DNA of 64,000 nt from Marsupella aquatica (GCA_973895155.1 OZ316893.1:14166645-14230644); one strand, 5' to 3'. Shown: positions 38,011 through 52,254, numbered from the stretch's first letter. Numbers and translations are program-made. Notes: generated by a model from the sequence alone, not told the origin.

Positions 38011-40289
38011 GTATCCCTCTGTTTTATTAATTAAATGGGTGCTGCCAAAGTTCCCAGTAGACATGGCACAAGAGAAACTGCATCATACCTCAAGGTTTCC
38101 AAGAACTACAGTAGGAGGCCCGCGTAGTGTGAGATATTCTAGCCATTAAAATGTGGGGACAAGCTAGAGGTCACTTTACATGAGCTTTATGGAATGGAAG
38201 TCACCTTTTCAACGGATGTGAACTTCTTACAAAGCGCCACTCAGTCTTCTTTTCAAGGTGCATTCGAAATAGATACAATTTTCGTTTCACTTAACCAAAA
38301 CTTTTTGGCTGTCGTCTAGGACACAACCTGGACGACAAGAACCTAGAGTTTCGCTTGGCGCACCACACACATATCTGCCTCATTATTGGGTAGGCTCAGA
38401 TCATTCACTTTGGTTAGTTTGGTACCATGAGGCCAAATGCCCTGGTGACAAGTATCAAGTATCTTAGACTTTCGAGCACAGAAACAATACTAGAATAATA
38501 AAAGGGCTCGTCTCCTATTCATTCGCGGGACAGGGAGCTAACGGCGTTTCTTTACATTGCGAATCTCCTCATGATTCTGGAGGGCGTCTGATACGCTGTC
38601 CGCTCGTGGCAAATGGATAGTAGCAACGTGTCGAGACGATCCCTCCTCCTCATGATGCAAGATTCTGCCGAATCCCTATCGGCCACGTTCTTACCAAAGG
38701 TACCCATTACTATTCTGATATATCAGTGTTTCTATTGCAACCCTTTACACCCTTTGACGCTGTCCCTTGTTGGATTTCTGTCGTTTTAGGACGGGCCCAC
38801 GTCGCTATGAACGTCATGACCGTACTTAAGTACTTATATGCCCGTACGTTTATAGGATTTTGGATATATCGGTGTTGTTGGCCCTGTCCTTTGGGGCACG
38901 GTTTGTCATCACTCCGTTCCCACGTCGCTACAAAAGGTACGATGGCCAGTAGTCGTGGACGAGTCCCGATTCATCGGTGTTTGTCAATTCCATGGTGTTT
39001 GTCCTTCTTGTCGTTTTCCGTTACCCCGTGCGTTTGGCGGGATGGGCGCTTTGTGTGGGATTTCGGGAACATTTCATCCACATTCCCTTGTTAATCCTTT
39101 TTATGAATTGACCCGAGCTCAATGGTCACAATTTGCTGCAGAGTGAACGAATGCACGACAGCCACCTTGTCACTCTGTCCGCCTGGCATCAACTTTCATT
39201 ACAGTACTGAGCTGCACACGCTCTTAAATAATTACAGTTTCCGTTGGCATTTAGGGAACTCAAGAACTGTAACCATTCAAAAGGCCTCCGAATGCCGAGA
39301 TGGCAACGAGATTGATGGGCGTGTTAAAAATTTATCTTGCCCCCTTTATTCTTTTACGTTAATTTACTGGGGGGAAAAAAAAGAACCTAACGAGATTGAC
39401 AACCATTAGACATTTATGTGTATTTTGGTGCAGCCCATCCTTCGTCCAAAAGTATTTACGAGCATTGTAGTAAACGTGACGGGCTATACAGACTAGCAAA
39501 ATTACCTGAAAAGAATATGAGATCTATGTCCGGTTTGAAAGAAAACTAATCCGGGCACAGACTTGCCAAAATCTAAAAATATCAATGGCACAGTTGCATG
39601 GGAGGGTGTCCCCAAGCACTATGGTAAGTACTAATGTATTTAGAGAATGCTCAAGAGAAGGTAACAATCAAGTTAATGGAAGTGGACAACTTTTTTTGCC
39701 TTGAATACCGAAAAGCTTACCCATCCAACAGAGTAAAGATGATCAACTTTGGAACATGCACCTCTGTAGACTAGCCAGGGGTTGAGGATAAATTAATTAT
39801 CTCACCACTACACCCCATTCACACACTCACCCTCTAGAACCCTTTCATGTGATTATTTTGATTTGATAAGTACTTTTGACTTTGATAAATATTCTCTTAG
39901 GTGGGGCAGATAACAGCTGATTTCCATCACTTTTGCACTTAATTATTATTTAAAAAACTTTTAAATACATTACCACTCAGCATTGGACGATTGCCGAGAA
40001 TAAACGACAAACTGGGCTGCCCGGTAAACGACGACAAGCTGAGCCTTTGCTGGGCTGCCTTGGCCAAGTTTATCTTTCTGGGTGCTTTTATGTTTACATG
40101 GCCTGCGGGTCCCTATATGTGGGATCCATGCGGAATAAAAGAAAAATAATAAATGATAAAATGGCCACCCCCCAAATCTGGAAGCAAGTTGAAGCAAGCA
40201 TTCACCTAACTTCCCGGTTTGAGCTGTCGGACAACTTGTCGTGTTGTCGCCCGAAAATGACCCTATTTGTCACATATTCCTTTTTATGC

Positions 40290-41240
40290 CCCGGTCCGGC
40301 CCCGGCCCGACCCGGCCCGGCCCGGCCCAATCCCTTCCCGGCCCGGCCCATTCCCTCCCCGACTCTTCCCGGCCCCTTCCATTCCCGGCTTGGTCCGGCA
40401 CCGGGTCGGCCCGGTCTCTTCCCGGCCCGGTCCCGCATCCCGCCCGGCCCCGCACCCGGCCCGGCCTCACAAACACTAGGTGAGGGCGGGCCGAGTGCGG
40501 GGCCGGGCCGGGAATGGGCAGGGGCAGGGCCGGGAATGGGAGGGCCGGGCCGGGAATGGGCAGGGGCAGGGCCGGGAAGGGAAGGGGCCGGGAAGGGGAG
40601 GGGTAGGGCCGGGCTGGGAAGGGGGAGGGGAAGGGAAGAGGCCGGGAATGGGAGGGGTAGGGCCGGGCCGGGAAGGGGGAGGGGAGGGGAAGGGAAGAGG
40701 CCGGGAAGGAGAGGGGTAGGGCCGGGCCGGGAAGGGGGAGGGGAAGGGAAGAGGCCGGGAAGGGGAGGGGTAGGGCCGGGCCGGGAAGGGGGAGGGGAAG
40801 GGAAGAGGCCGGGAAGGGGAGGGGTAGGGCCGGGCCGGGAAGGGGGAGGGGAGGGGAAGGGAAGAGGCCGGGAAGGAGAGGGGTAGGCCCGGGCCGGGAA
40901 GGGGGAGGGGAAGGGAAGAGGCCGGGAAGGGGAGGGGTAGGGCCGGGCCGGGAAGGGGGAGGGGGAGGGCCGGGCCGGGAAGGGGAGGGGAAGGGGGAGG
41001 GAAGGGGCAGGGCCGGGAAGGGAAGGGAAGGGACCGGGCCGGGAAGGGGAAGGGACCGGGTGGGATGCGGGGCCGGGCCGGGAAGGGACCGGGCCGGGGG
41101 TAGAGACCGGGCCGGGACCGGGGCGGGGAGTTCGGTCCGGGGCGAGATTTTCCCGTTGGCTTTAAGGGCCGGGAGGAAAGTAGCCGGGCAGGGAATTACC
41201 GGCCGGGAGCCGGACCGGGGACCGGGGTGGACCGGGTGAC
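40290..41240. repeat. GC-rich foldback and purine-rich minisatellite (G-quadruplex prone)
   Basis: A C-rich arm (40290-40470) is followed by a G-rich array of ~54-59 bp units (GGGAAGGGGAGGGGTAGGGCCGGGCCGGGAAGGGGGAGGGGAAGGGAAGAGGCC). Confidence 0.9.
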
Positions 41241-41674
41241 AACTTGTCGGTTGTCGAGTCCAAAGGCCTCTATTTGTCGGACAAGTCCAAACCGGGCCTA
41301 ACTTTGCGATCTCACACACCGTAATGATGAAGGTGTCGTGCTTTTGGTGTTTGACACATGTTCCACCAAGAAATTAGAAATGAAATTGTGAATTAATTGA
41401 CATTCATAGTACAGTCCTACGGTACTCTCTCTTCAATTTGTGGTGCAATGTGGTCAACTGGAGCAAATATATCATCAACCTTCCAAATTGCACGATGGGA
41501 TTTGAGCCTCTCAAGGTTCCACTCCCAGACGCCTAAACTGCAGGCCTCCCAGTACCTTGATTTACTCCTGGATGTGTCACCGACATAGAATGCAGCGAGG
41601 CACAGACTGCGGTTCTCCTGTGCTGTAGACTGATGCCATCAGTGGTGGCAGCTTCGTCGCACATTTGACATCGC

Positions 41675-41920
41675 AATTGCATTTTGTTTCGCTATATTTG
41701 GACTCCTAGCATTGAATTCAACTGATACTCGAGTGCCCACCGACCAGCATAATTGTTAAGGTTAATTGCATTTTGTTTCACGAAAATTAGACTCTCGCAT
41801 TGAAAGACTCGATTGCCCACCGACCAGCATAATTGTTAATTAAGGTCAATTGCATTTTGTTTCACGAAAATTAGACTCCTCGCATTAAAGACTCGATTGC
41901 CTACGGACAAACATTGTTAA
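41675..41920 (+). repeat. ~82-90 bp tandem repeat x3
   Basis: AATTGCATTTTGTTTC...GACTC...CATT...ACTCGA.TGCC.AC.GAC.A.CAT is repeated. Confidence 0.8.
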
Positions 41921-44184
41921 AGGTTTTTCTTTGGGGTGTTTTAGTGAAACTGAAGCCAGGATGGGCCACCATGTTGGACACACTGCTTTTGTGCACCACA
42001 TTTTGGTGGTCTATGCCCCATACTTTGATCAGTATGAGTCCTACAGTAATTTTGCAATTTTGAATTTGCAAGGCACTAGAGAAGGAGGAGACTTAGAAAA
42101 AACACAAGTGCAAATATTTCATAAACATAATGAAAATTAATGTAATGGAATGTATTGTCCTTGGACCCCACTACTAGTCCTCTAGGGCAGGGTGCATCCT
42201 TTCATTTTTGTTCCGCGACCACCCTAGTCTCCCTATTTCCAGTGTGCCCTCCTCTGTCCTTACAGAAGGTGCCCCTAAGCACCCAGCTCCATGGGTGATG
42301 AGAAACATGAAATTCTCCAATGTGGCGATTCAGGGCATAGGATCTTCTGTGGTCAACCAGGGTTAAGTCACTCAGGGTGTGATGACAAAAAGTGTTATTG
42401 TAGTGAATAATCTAGAAAAGATGGCAAATTGTGACATTTCACCAAAAATGGTAGCAGACTACTAGTAAAACCCACTTTTTACTTTTTGCCAGTGTGGCTA
42501 ATACTACCTTGTGCAAGGGAGGATATGCTAAGAATTTTCTTATCTGATTTTCCTAGATTATTTTCTGGCCATCAGATCTCCCTAGACTTAAGGATGTCAG
42601 ACAAATTCTGGCCAATGGGGTCCATGGCGCGCTAGGTGGGAAACTGACTAATGGAAGGCAGAAAAGCTAATGATTTTTGCGAAAAGTGGTGAAGACTTCT
42701 TAGAGAGGTCTAATGTAGCAAATTTTTACCACAAAATGCTGCCACCAACATTTAATTTTGATACTAGAATTTCTCCACAGAATGTGGGAGGTAGGAGTTG
42801 TGGCAATAGCCCATTTGTTTATGTAGAGAGGACTGGAGACTGGAGGGAACCATCCCTAGGGAGCTGACAACCTCTCCCTTACCCAAGCATAGCTTTCGGC
42901 AAACAAGAGATTTTGTCAATATTGGGGACTGCTTTAATATGCAATAACCTTCATAAAGCAGTCCCCAATATAACCTGGGCATGACCAAAAGAAAGAGGAC
43001 CATATTGAGATTGGGTTTGACCACAAATCTCACTTTGGCATGTGCTTGTTAGTGGATCAAAAAGTTCAGCTAGTCCTCCAATGTTATGCCATGAAGGCAA
43101 AAAAGAAACAAAAGGGGAAAAGAAGCTGAAAACAAAATAGGAGTCTGCAGGCATACTCCCATTCATTGCAGGAAGTACCAACTCAAAGGATTAGCCTACA
43201 TGGTGGAAGGGCAAGTTCACTCTACTCACAGGTAGTAGATAGGAAAATCTTGCATGCGGCTGCAATCCCTTAATTTCTTAGATTTTGGTTGGTACTGGAT
43301 CATTTGGTAATATCTGTTTCTTGCAAGCCCCCTGGTGTCAAAGTGGTGGGTAAGTGTAGAGGGTGAAGTGAGTTAGGCCCAGAAAAAAGCAGCCGTAAAA
43401 GCTCAGCCTCTACATATTTACATATAACTCTATTCCAAATCATTAAAGTCACCCCACTTTTATGATGTGCTAGCATCTTAAAACCTATGAACCTGCTACA
43501 TCATTGACTGGGCTTGTTTTGGATACAGAATCAGGGACAAGTCACCAAAGTTTATATACCAGGAAAAAACAAAGTACAATGAAAGGCAAGAAAAAGTGGT
43601 CCAAAGAAAAAGAGGTCCAAAGAGGACAAAAACCAAACAAAGAAAAATAAATCAAGTGCAAACCTAAAAATCTGAAGAAAATAAAGGGAAGGGTGTCAAT
43701 AGTGTATGAGTGCAAACTCAGCTACTAGCGTCCACATTGGAAAATGTGACAAGAGTTAATAGACCACATCCAATGTCCTAACTAAATCAGCAAGTGAGAC
43801 AGAAATGTCCTCTAGGGGGGCTAGCGTCGGCGGAGACACAGTGGCTCCTATTGTGAAGGATCGACGATAAATGGAGCGAGCTTGGGCACGCTGTAAGGCC
43901 ACTGATCGAAATGCACTGACAAAAGTGCGTGATCAAGATAGATAGTGGGGGTCCGGAGTGACCAATCCACCCGTGAATGTCACGAGTTTAGGGTATTGAG
44001 CAGCCTGCCATAGAAGTTTTGGGATGTTTGAAATAAACTCATTAGTGGAGTAAGGGACTGCCTAAGCACATAGGCCTATTGTTGGATCTTGATGCTGAGT
44101 AAAGAAAACTGTGCTTCTGGTTCCTTCATGTTATTGATGAGAATGTAGTCTTTTCATGAGTGAATCAAATTACTGTATTGTTCA

Positions 44185-44310
44185 CGCATAGTGTGGCCCG
44201 CATTAATCTCGTGACCATCTAAACTCTATGCACACATACTAGTGTGGCCCACATTAATCTGGTCACCATCTAAACTGTTCATTGCACACATATTAGTGTG
44301 TGGTCCACGC
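44185..44310 (+). repeat. ~52-bp tandem repeat x2.3
   Basis: TAGTGTGGCCC.CATTAATCT...ACCATCTAAACT is repeated. Confidence 0.75.
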
Positions 44311-45067
44311 CTTTTCACATGCAACGATAATTATTTGATCACACGTTTTTCAAGAATGAAATTTGGTACAAGGAACTGTAAAAATCAGAGGGAGAAATTA
44401 GACGACATACAAAATGAAAAAAGGGTACCATGAATTGGCTCTTCAGCACACTAAAAAGTACCTTAAACACAGCAGCCGATTAAAATATACATTCTGCTGC
44501 TGCTGTTAGAAGATATTTTGCTGAATTTTCCACAAATTAGATCTATTCTGAGTGATGCATGTTTGTTATTTGTTTTTGAAAAAATCTGCAAAGGATTTCA
44601 GTATCGATTTCAATGGAGAAACTTTTGATGCTCGATTGCTTCCCTGCATGAGAAAGGAGGGCACCAGTTATCCCTTGCTAAAGTAATTTACTGATAGTTT
44701 TTTACTTTGAGTTTTTCTTCTAAAGTAGCATGAAAAACTTCATGACCTGGAAGGTCTATTATGAGAAGAATACATTATGCTGAAAATTCTATTGAACTTC
44801 TCACAGTGCGTCATTCCTGTCTCCCCACAATTTGGCCAAGGCCCATCAACAAAAGTGTACTATTATGATCCCTCCTCTCCAAGGCTTATCGGTCAGATTT
44901 CAGAGCTCCTCATTCAGTGCACACGCGTCATAGACAAAATATTCTAAAATCCTTCTTTCCAAGTTTTTAGACAGGCGTTGCAGTCTGGTGGTGCCTTGCT
45001 GTCAAACGACTCCACTTGGCATCTCTCTGTATAAATCCACCAACTTAGCAAGACCCTTGCTCATAGC

Positions 45068-45410
45068 TTTTCAATTTCTATAATATTAGTTGTTTTCCCT
45101 CATACATGCCAATAAAGGCAGGATTGATCCAGGGGTTTGTTGTGAAGGTCTTTTCAATTTCCATGCACTAAATGGTTTCCCTCATAAAAGCAAGCAATTA
45201 AAGGCAGGATGGACCCAGGGATTTGTTGTGAAGGTCTTTTCAATTTCCATTACACTAAATGGTTTCCCTCATACAAGCAAGCAAATAGAGGCAGGATGGA
45301 CCAGGGGTTTGTTGTGAAGGTCTTTTCAGGTATTATAACACTGAAGGTTTCTCTCATACAAGCAAGTAAAGGCAGGATGGACCCAAGGGTCTGTTGTGAA
45401 GCTCTGATGG
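45068..45410 (+). repeat. ~85-bp tandem repeat x4
   Basis: TTTCCCTCATA..AGCAAG...AAAGGCAGGATGGACCCAGGG.TTTGTTGTGAAGGTCTTTTCAATTTCC is repeated. Confidence 0.85.
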
Positions 45411-48112
45411 ATTTTCAAAAGCTGGGATGGATTGACACATACCATCTAAAAATACTGGATAACACCTTTTTAACAGTTTCAACTGAATGTGACCTGTGAG
45501 TACTTTACCCAATCGTAAGTCACTGCTCATGCCCAAACTACTCAACGCATTTTTCACAAAATTGTCAATTTGTCGCTCATGCCCAAACTACTCATGGCAC
45601 CATTCCCAGAAGGGAAGCGTCCTTCCAAAAGCAGCCAGTCACTTTTTCTTTCAGGTGCAAACTGGCTGATGACTTTAAAGACTCCAAAGCTTGTGAGAGA
45701 GATACGGTGAATCAGTTTTCTTGGATGAGAGGCCCCAAAATCTTGACTACTGATATTTATGCTACCATAGTAATTACCCGGGGTTACTAATGCCCTAGTG
45801 TCATCTGGGTTTGTGCAATAGATACATACCTGTTAAGATGCTTGGCTCTAGTAACCAAATATTTGGCCTCCTTGTGAACCTTTCTAATAACATTTAAGAA
45901 TATTCTGGGCATCCTGGCATAAACACTGACTTTCCAGTCTGCATATTGTTTTTGAAGTTAAAATAGTGAAAGCAGGAGAATAGGAGTTAAGCCCAGATCG
46001 ACCGAGGGGTATGTTTTGTCCATCCCTGCGGACTGTGACACAGACTATTGCACTTTACACCCAAAATTCATATTGTCAGGCTATATTAAGATTCACTTTT
46101 GAAAAGGATGCCCTGAGAATTTTATCCAGGTGTCTTGACAAACTATGAAACGCTAGTTTTTGGCAAACTTGTGGATTCATTTAAACAACTTTTGGATCTT
46201 TGTTTCAACTCAAAATTTTCCATCATGTTCTTTGATATCCAATCTATTACCTGACAGTTTCAATTTTTTCTGAGACCATTTGATCCATTGTGAGTGTGAA
46301 GATGACTCTTCACTTTTGTGAAAACGCCCTCAGTATTTGGGCACGAGCACCAACTTACCACTTTGGGAAAGCTTAACTTTTATCGAGGTCGCCCTGAGTA
46401 GTTCACATGGTGCACAACTTACAGGTCACATATGAGTCAAAACTGCAGAGTACTATCCAAGCAGATTGGATGTTCTGAGTCAGTCTATCCTAGCTTTGGA
46501 AATCCATGGGGGCTTCATTCCCCTCATCCATCCAAGCTTTACTTTGAGGAGAATAGAGTTCTTGGAAGTTCTACAGTTTATTTCATTAAATGAGACATAA
46601 TCAATCCCATGTCAGGGGTTTAGGGTTGGCACTCTGTAGTCTCACATTCTGTCGTATCGAGTCCAACACGTGACCAGAAGCGTAGTGTGGAAATTGTACA
46701 TGAGCGCAGCCTTGATCAACCCTGGTCTGCTTGCTGGGACATTAAATGTTCTCCTCCTATTTCACTGATTCTGGTTAAGAGCATCCCATGATAGCCCAAA
46801 CTTCTAATGCTTTCACTAGACTGGGATTTAGCGGATGAATTGGTGGCCGTCGGGGCTGGAGCACAGTTTGTGTAGGAGTCTTCAAAGAGCTGGACCGCCA
46901 AACTTTCTCCAAAATGTTCGAAATTCTGTGGGTAATAAATCCATGATGGAACATGACCCCAAATCCAGCCCCTTCCTGGCATGTCTTGAACAGCGGTATA
47001 CAGGACGTGACTCTCTTCCCCCGATTGGTGATCTTTGGTGTGTAAAAAGCCGTTTAGCCATTCATCGATTCGTTCTTTCATACGACACTGTTCTAGGAAG
47101 GACGTTGTGTTGCATGTTCCAGAACGCTATCTTGAATATCAGATGCTACCCCAAATGTGCACCGAGGAGGTGAATCACTCTAGATTTGAGCGTTGACACT
47201 TGCGAAGTAATCTGTACCGAACTTCTATTCTACCAATGACGAACTATGGAGGAGCAGAAAACTTCGACCACTTTGGCCTTCCCTTTTACATCTCACAAGC
47301 AGTGATCTCAGTGAGGGAAGCATGTCAATTGACTTCAGCCCTGTTTCACTGTACCATCAAGGGTTTCGGTCATAACAAAACATTAGGCACAAGTTTAAAC
47401 TCCATCCAAGCAGAATTCTATGTCCACGCATCGTGAGTCAAAAGAAGTGGATTTCTGTGGGGTAAAAAAAAGGCACTTCCCCGAGAATCTCCGTTTACTT
47501 TCCAATCCATTAACAGTGAAGTCACTACCCACTATGTCCAATACAGAAGGGACCATCCCATCATTCAACACCAAAACCTTCAAATTACTCGTGAACTTCA
47601 GCTAGCAACGAAGTCCGAACAGACGGTTAGAGTGCATACATCATTATTATGAGATTAGAGATCAAGCGATTAGCTCCTGGAATATGATATATGGTGCTTG
47701 TCCGTCACCTGAGGACACCGTCCTGATTAATGGCAAGGGACAGTGGCACAATCTACAATCCAAATGGGATGATAAAGCGAGTTATGGGGCTCATAATCTC
47801 CCTGCTGCACTATTTTGTATCGATTACAGATGTCTCTCCTGCAATGCTTAGCGGCTATGTTTAGAGGCAACACAAGTCAAGACAAGTGAAACTCACCTAC
47901 CTAAGACGAACAAAGTATCTCACATGTAAATGTTCTGCCACTTAAGCAATACAGAGGAAATCCATCAAACTATTTGTACTTCCTGACAACATCGAAATTG
48001 TAGTTTGTCAGTTGAAATTTTCAATCAAAGCAAAAGAATTGCACAAGTCTGTCCTCATGTTTGAAACAGACGTTCCACTGGATCATTTCCAGCAGATATA
48101 TTCCGAACTCAA

Positions 48113-50553
48113 CTAAACTTCAAAAGAATTGACAATGGATCGAAGAAGCTTCTCTGATGAAGACCATTGTGCATCACTCGCACTCACAACAAAGAGCATA
48201 ACGACGCTTCCTTTAGCAGTTGCAGTGGCAAGGTTGTGTGCTCCAGTTTTTGCATACGGTGTTTCCAGCTCGTAGATGTAATACTGGCCAGAACAAAAAT
48301 AAGAAAATGATTCTCCTTTCCAACAATGAGTTAAAGTAGTAAATGACAGACACTTGAATGCAAAATGCAAGGACTCTCGACACACTTAAAACACTGCATG
48401 TCATCTGCCACATTTTCCCAACATCAGTTAACATAATTGGTCCTAGCAACTCCCTTTGTCGGTAAAGAAAATGGCAGCAACAAAACAAACTCACTTCAAA
48501 ATTTGCTCCTAACAGTGCAGATTAGGTGCATATGCATCTCCATGTAGCCAATGACTGCTTCGATTAACCCAACTGACCCAAGCTTTTCACTCCTAATAGC
48601 ACAGGCACAAATTGATTCTACATTCCTGTCGATATACAAGGCTACCCTGAGCTAGTCTTTCGCTACAGAGTGAATAAGCTTAAAAACCCCTTTGCCCACT
48701 GCTTTTGACGAAGCAAAGCACACGGAACTAAACCATAACGCTTGAATGCACTGACAAGGCCAACTTGACACTTCCATTTTGAATTAGGCCAACAACCCCG
48801 TATGGTCAATAAACGTGGTAACCATCAACGAAGGTCCAACTAAAAGGACGTAACCAAAGTGGTTACAAACTGTTGAATGTCCTGTTATTCAACCTTGTTC
48901 GGGTCGCAACCAGAAAGACGAGATCAAGGTGACAAGATGAAACTATGCAAGTGGGGACAGGAATGTACCGTTTGATCACCCCGACGTTCTATGGATGTTC
49001 TCAAAACTTCCTCAGGATCAAAACTGTTGCCCGTAACAAACGGCCCCAAGGCAGCCAGAATCTTATCAGGACTACCAATTTCTTCAATTGTAGCATTGGG
49101 CTTATTTGTCAGACGGACCATTGGAGCGGCTACAACCTGAATGGCACCCTGTTTTGCATTTGCAAACTTCACCTCCACCCAGGGCTCCGCGCACTTCGGC
49201 TGACAGTAATTTCCGGAGAGGATGTTTGCAACTCGCTCTTGCTTCCACGTCGGAGGAAGAACAAATTCATACGGCTGCACATTGCCTGCCATTCACGCCT
49301 GCCTCAGCCATCTTCCTCTACCTGCATTCTACAACCCTTCTCTGAAGAAGAGTATAATACATGCGCATGAGCCTCGAGCTATTACGGTTGGCAGCTCCTA
49401 ACGTTCAGTTGTGTACTTAATTTTTATTACTTGAAATGCTATACATTAATGAGCCGGTGAATCTCTGATTCTTAGGAATTCCCAGACAATACATAACCAT
49501 ACGTGATAATCTGCTTGATCAACATTTAAAGAGAATTACCATTTCGAATATTTCTCTGAAAAAGGGGTACAAAATTTGTCTGACACTCTAAAACCTCGAA
49601 TTTAATCCAAGTTCGCATGTTGGACAAGTGAGTCAAGGTGGGAGCAAGTCCGTGTCCACGCTCACTGCTTTGCAGCAGAGGCACTTGAAATTGCGACATG
49701 AGTACTGCGAATGACTGTCAGGAACTTCGTTCTTTCGGGTACTTGTTTTATTGTTGCTTTTCTAAGACGTATTTTCAGGACTGTCTTCTTCTTCCATATC
49801 GATGTTGAGCTTGAAAGCTACCTGTCTCCTGGGTGGCCCTTCAATTTCCCAACAGCCTAGAGCAATCAAGGAGTCTCAAGCGGGTGATTTTTCGCATCAT
49901 TTGATGGTTGGAGAGTGGTCTACTTTTAGAATTTTCCTTAGATCTTCTCAGGCCGGTAGATGCCCGGGAGAAGCTTTTGATTCGAAATGCTTGAAGGTGC
50001 CAACAATCTTAGAATTGCATGGACTGGAATAGAAATGCTACATGTCTCAAAAGACGAAAGTGTAGATGGGCATCAACTACAGTGGGTGCTCAAATGGGAA
50101 TAAGCCGACAGAGCGAAAAAGAAAGAAAGAAAGAAAGAAAGAACGCGGGAAGCGCAAATAATTACCAGCCCGAAGAGCAGGCGTGTCTTTCGACGTAGCT
50201 TTGAATTGCACAAAACGAGGATCGTCCGTTAAAGCTGGCAAGTAGGAGCCCACCTCCACTTCTCTAGCCACTGCGTCCTCGGGCTTCACGAGTGCCCCCA
50301 ACCCCGCCGTGGCTGCAAGCAGAGTTGCCGTTCCGAAGCACGCCTGCCTTCGACCCACATCGATTGAGCTGCTCTCCTCCACAGCAGCACAGACTGATCG
50401 CAATATCGTCGACCGAGGTGGTGGTGCGAGGCGTGACTGTCCCAAAGCTCTCGAGTGGAAAGAACCGGCAGAGCGTGAACTAGCAGATGACAGAGCAGAG
50501 AATGGTGAGGGAGTGGTAGAAATGGTAGACAACGCTCTCGATGCTCCTGCCAT
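48113..50553 (-). CDS. PPD6: PsbP domain-containing protein 6, chloroplast thylakoid lumen
   Basis: Exons 50553-50166, 49285-48969 and 48283-48113 have GT-AG junctions in consistent phase. It has a Ser-rich transit peptide, a twin-Arg (GRRQ) lumen signal ending AVA, and the mature sequence REVEVGSYLP...DTPALRAG|NVQPYEFVLPPTWKQ...SGNYCQPKCAEPWVEVKF...LGPFVTGNS...|YY.YELETPYA.TGAHNLA...SFEV. Confidence 0.93.
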
Positions 50554-50982
50554 GGCTGCTACTGCTGCTGCTTCTCTATTGTCTGCACTTCTTCCAAAGC
50601 GCAGTCCAGTGAAGAAACAGCTCGATAGCTAGATGACGGCTTCTCAATGAACTGTTGATGGGTTGGTGTGCAACAACTGCAACGAGTACACCACCACTGG
50701 CACTGGAGCAATGGAAGATAGAATGCTGACTACGCATTTGGGAGGGCTAAAATTCTACAGTGGGCCCAAGGACATGGTAACGAATAGAAATCGAAAGCTC
50801 GGAAGCTCGAGATGACGACGGATGGGAAGGATCTGGTACCAGATGTGAGAGGCAGAGCTCAGAGAGAAGTGGATAACGCTATGGAGAGGGGACCTGGTTG
50901 GCATCTCATATGACCCGTGGACTGGAGTGGCCACAGAAAGGTAAATCCACTCACAATTATTGCTTACTAAGACTCAGCAAAG

Positions 50983-51330
50983 AACTGGCTTTGGGTGGCC
51001 TTGGGATTAGCCTAGAACCAAGAGGTCCCAGGTTAATCCCCCACACTCAAGGGCTATGGAGGGTATGCCTGTAACAAGGAACTGGCTTTGGGTGGCCTTG
51101 GGATTAGCCTAGAACCAAGAGTTCCCAGTTTCAATCCCCCACACTCAAGGGCCACACTTCAAGGGCTATGGAGGGTTTGCTTGTGTATGTATGGGTGGGG
51201 TGTAGTGGTGAGAGTATTGGTTTCTCCTCAGTCTGTAACTGGTCCACTTTGGGGCCTTGGTTTAACCCTCTCTCCCTCCTGGTCTGGGTGCTTGTTGGAT
51301 CCTTGGGTATTGTTAGCTTGAGTCTACCAT
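50983..51330 (+). mobile_element. tRNA-derived SINE copy with a tandemly duplicated 5' head
   Basis: The head GAACTGGCTTTGGGTGGCCTTGGGATTAGCCTAGAACCAAGAG...AATCCCCCACACTCAAGGGC occurs at ~50983 and ~51080. The body is homologous to 52255-52558. Confidence 0.65.
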
Positions 51331-51890
51331 ACATGAAATCCCATACTCCCCCTTGTGTTTACCATACATAAAATCCCATGCTCCCCCTTGTGGCTACCAT
51401 ACATGAAATTGCATGCTCGGGAGCATAACCTCTATCTCTATCCTCTCTTGGATGGGTTTGCTTCCTTGTGTCTAGTATACATAAAATCACATGCTCCCCC
51501 TTGTGGCTACCATGCATAAAATGCATGCTCCAGAACCTCTATCCTCTGTTGGATGGGTCTTCTCTCTGTTTTCAAAGTAAACAAAAAAAGACTCAACAAG
51601 GTATGAGATGCGTGCTGGTGGCCAACGTGAGTTGTTGGTCAGCTCAGGTGGCAGGGCGACTTGTGACCAGGAGAACTCATCAGTTCATTCCTAATTATTG
51701 TTACATGTAATACTAGCCCAATTTCCTTGCGTTTCACAATTGACAAGGGTGAAGCATGGATTGCGGCTTCTAGCCAGCATGACTTGTGACCTGTAGGACT
51801 CATCAGTTCAATCCTAATTGTTGCTAAATGTAATACTAGCCCAATGTCCCTGCGTTGCACAATTGAGGCATGGATTGTCGCTACACAGTA
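51325..51890 (+). repeat. Short tandem repeats
   Basis: ~35-bp CTACCATACATGAAATCCCAT.CTCCCCCTTGTG x3-4 (51325-51530) and a ~124-bp unit x2 (51655-51890). Confidence 0.75.
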
Positions 51891-52254
51891 AGTGCACATC
51901 AAAAGCCGACAGCCAGATACTTATTGAGCATAGCACTCAGATGATTTAAACAAATTAATTGGATTTATTGTGGTACAGACTGGCATAGTATGCGTATATT
52001 GTCACATTTTGAAGTGCAACTTCTGGGGATGCCATGGATAGTGAAAGCAAGACACAGGCAGTGAGGCACAGATGACAAAGCAATGTGCAGAGGGCGAGAG
52101 CATGGTGTAGACGACAAGGTGGAGGGCACACAGGGAGGTGTTTTTGGCCAATAGAATGGTGATAGAAACAAAATTAGCAACTTGCCAGGATTTCTTCCAA
52201 CATGTAGCATTTTGTCAACAGACCATCATCCAAAATGGGTAGGATGGGATATTA

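Noticed and set aside
40047-41319. 279-aa Gly/Arg-rich and 349-aa Pro-rich ORFs (extensin- or collagen-like)
   Set aside because: They are translations of a stop-poor G/C minisatellite whose units vary in length and shift frame.
47700-47750. VLINGKG motif suggestive of a multicopper oxidase
   Set aside because: The match is too short and no copper-binding motifs are nearby.
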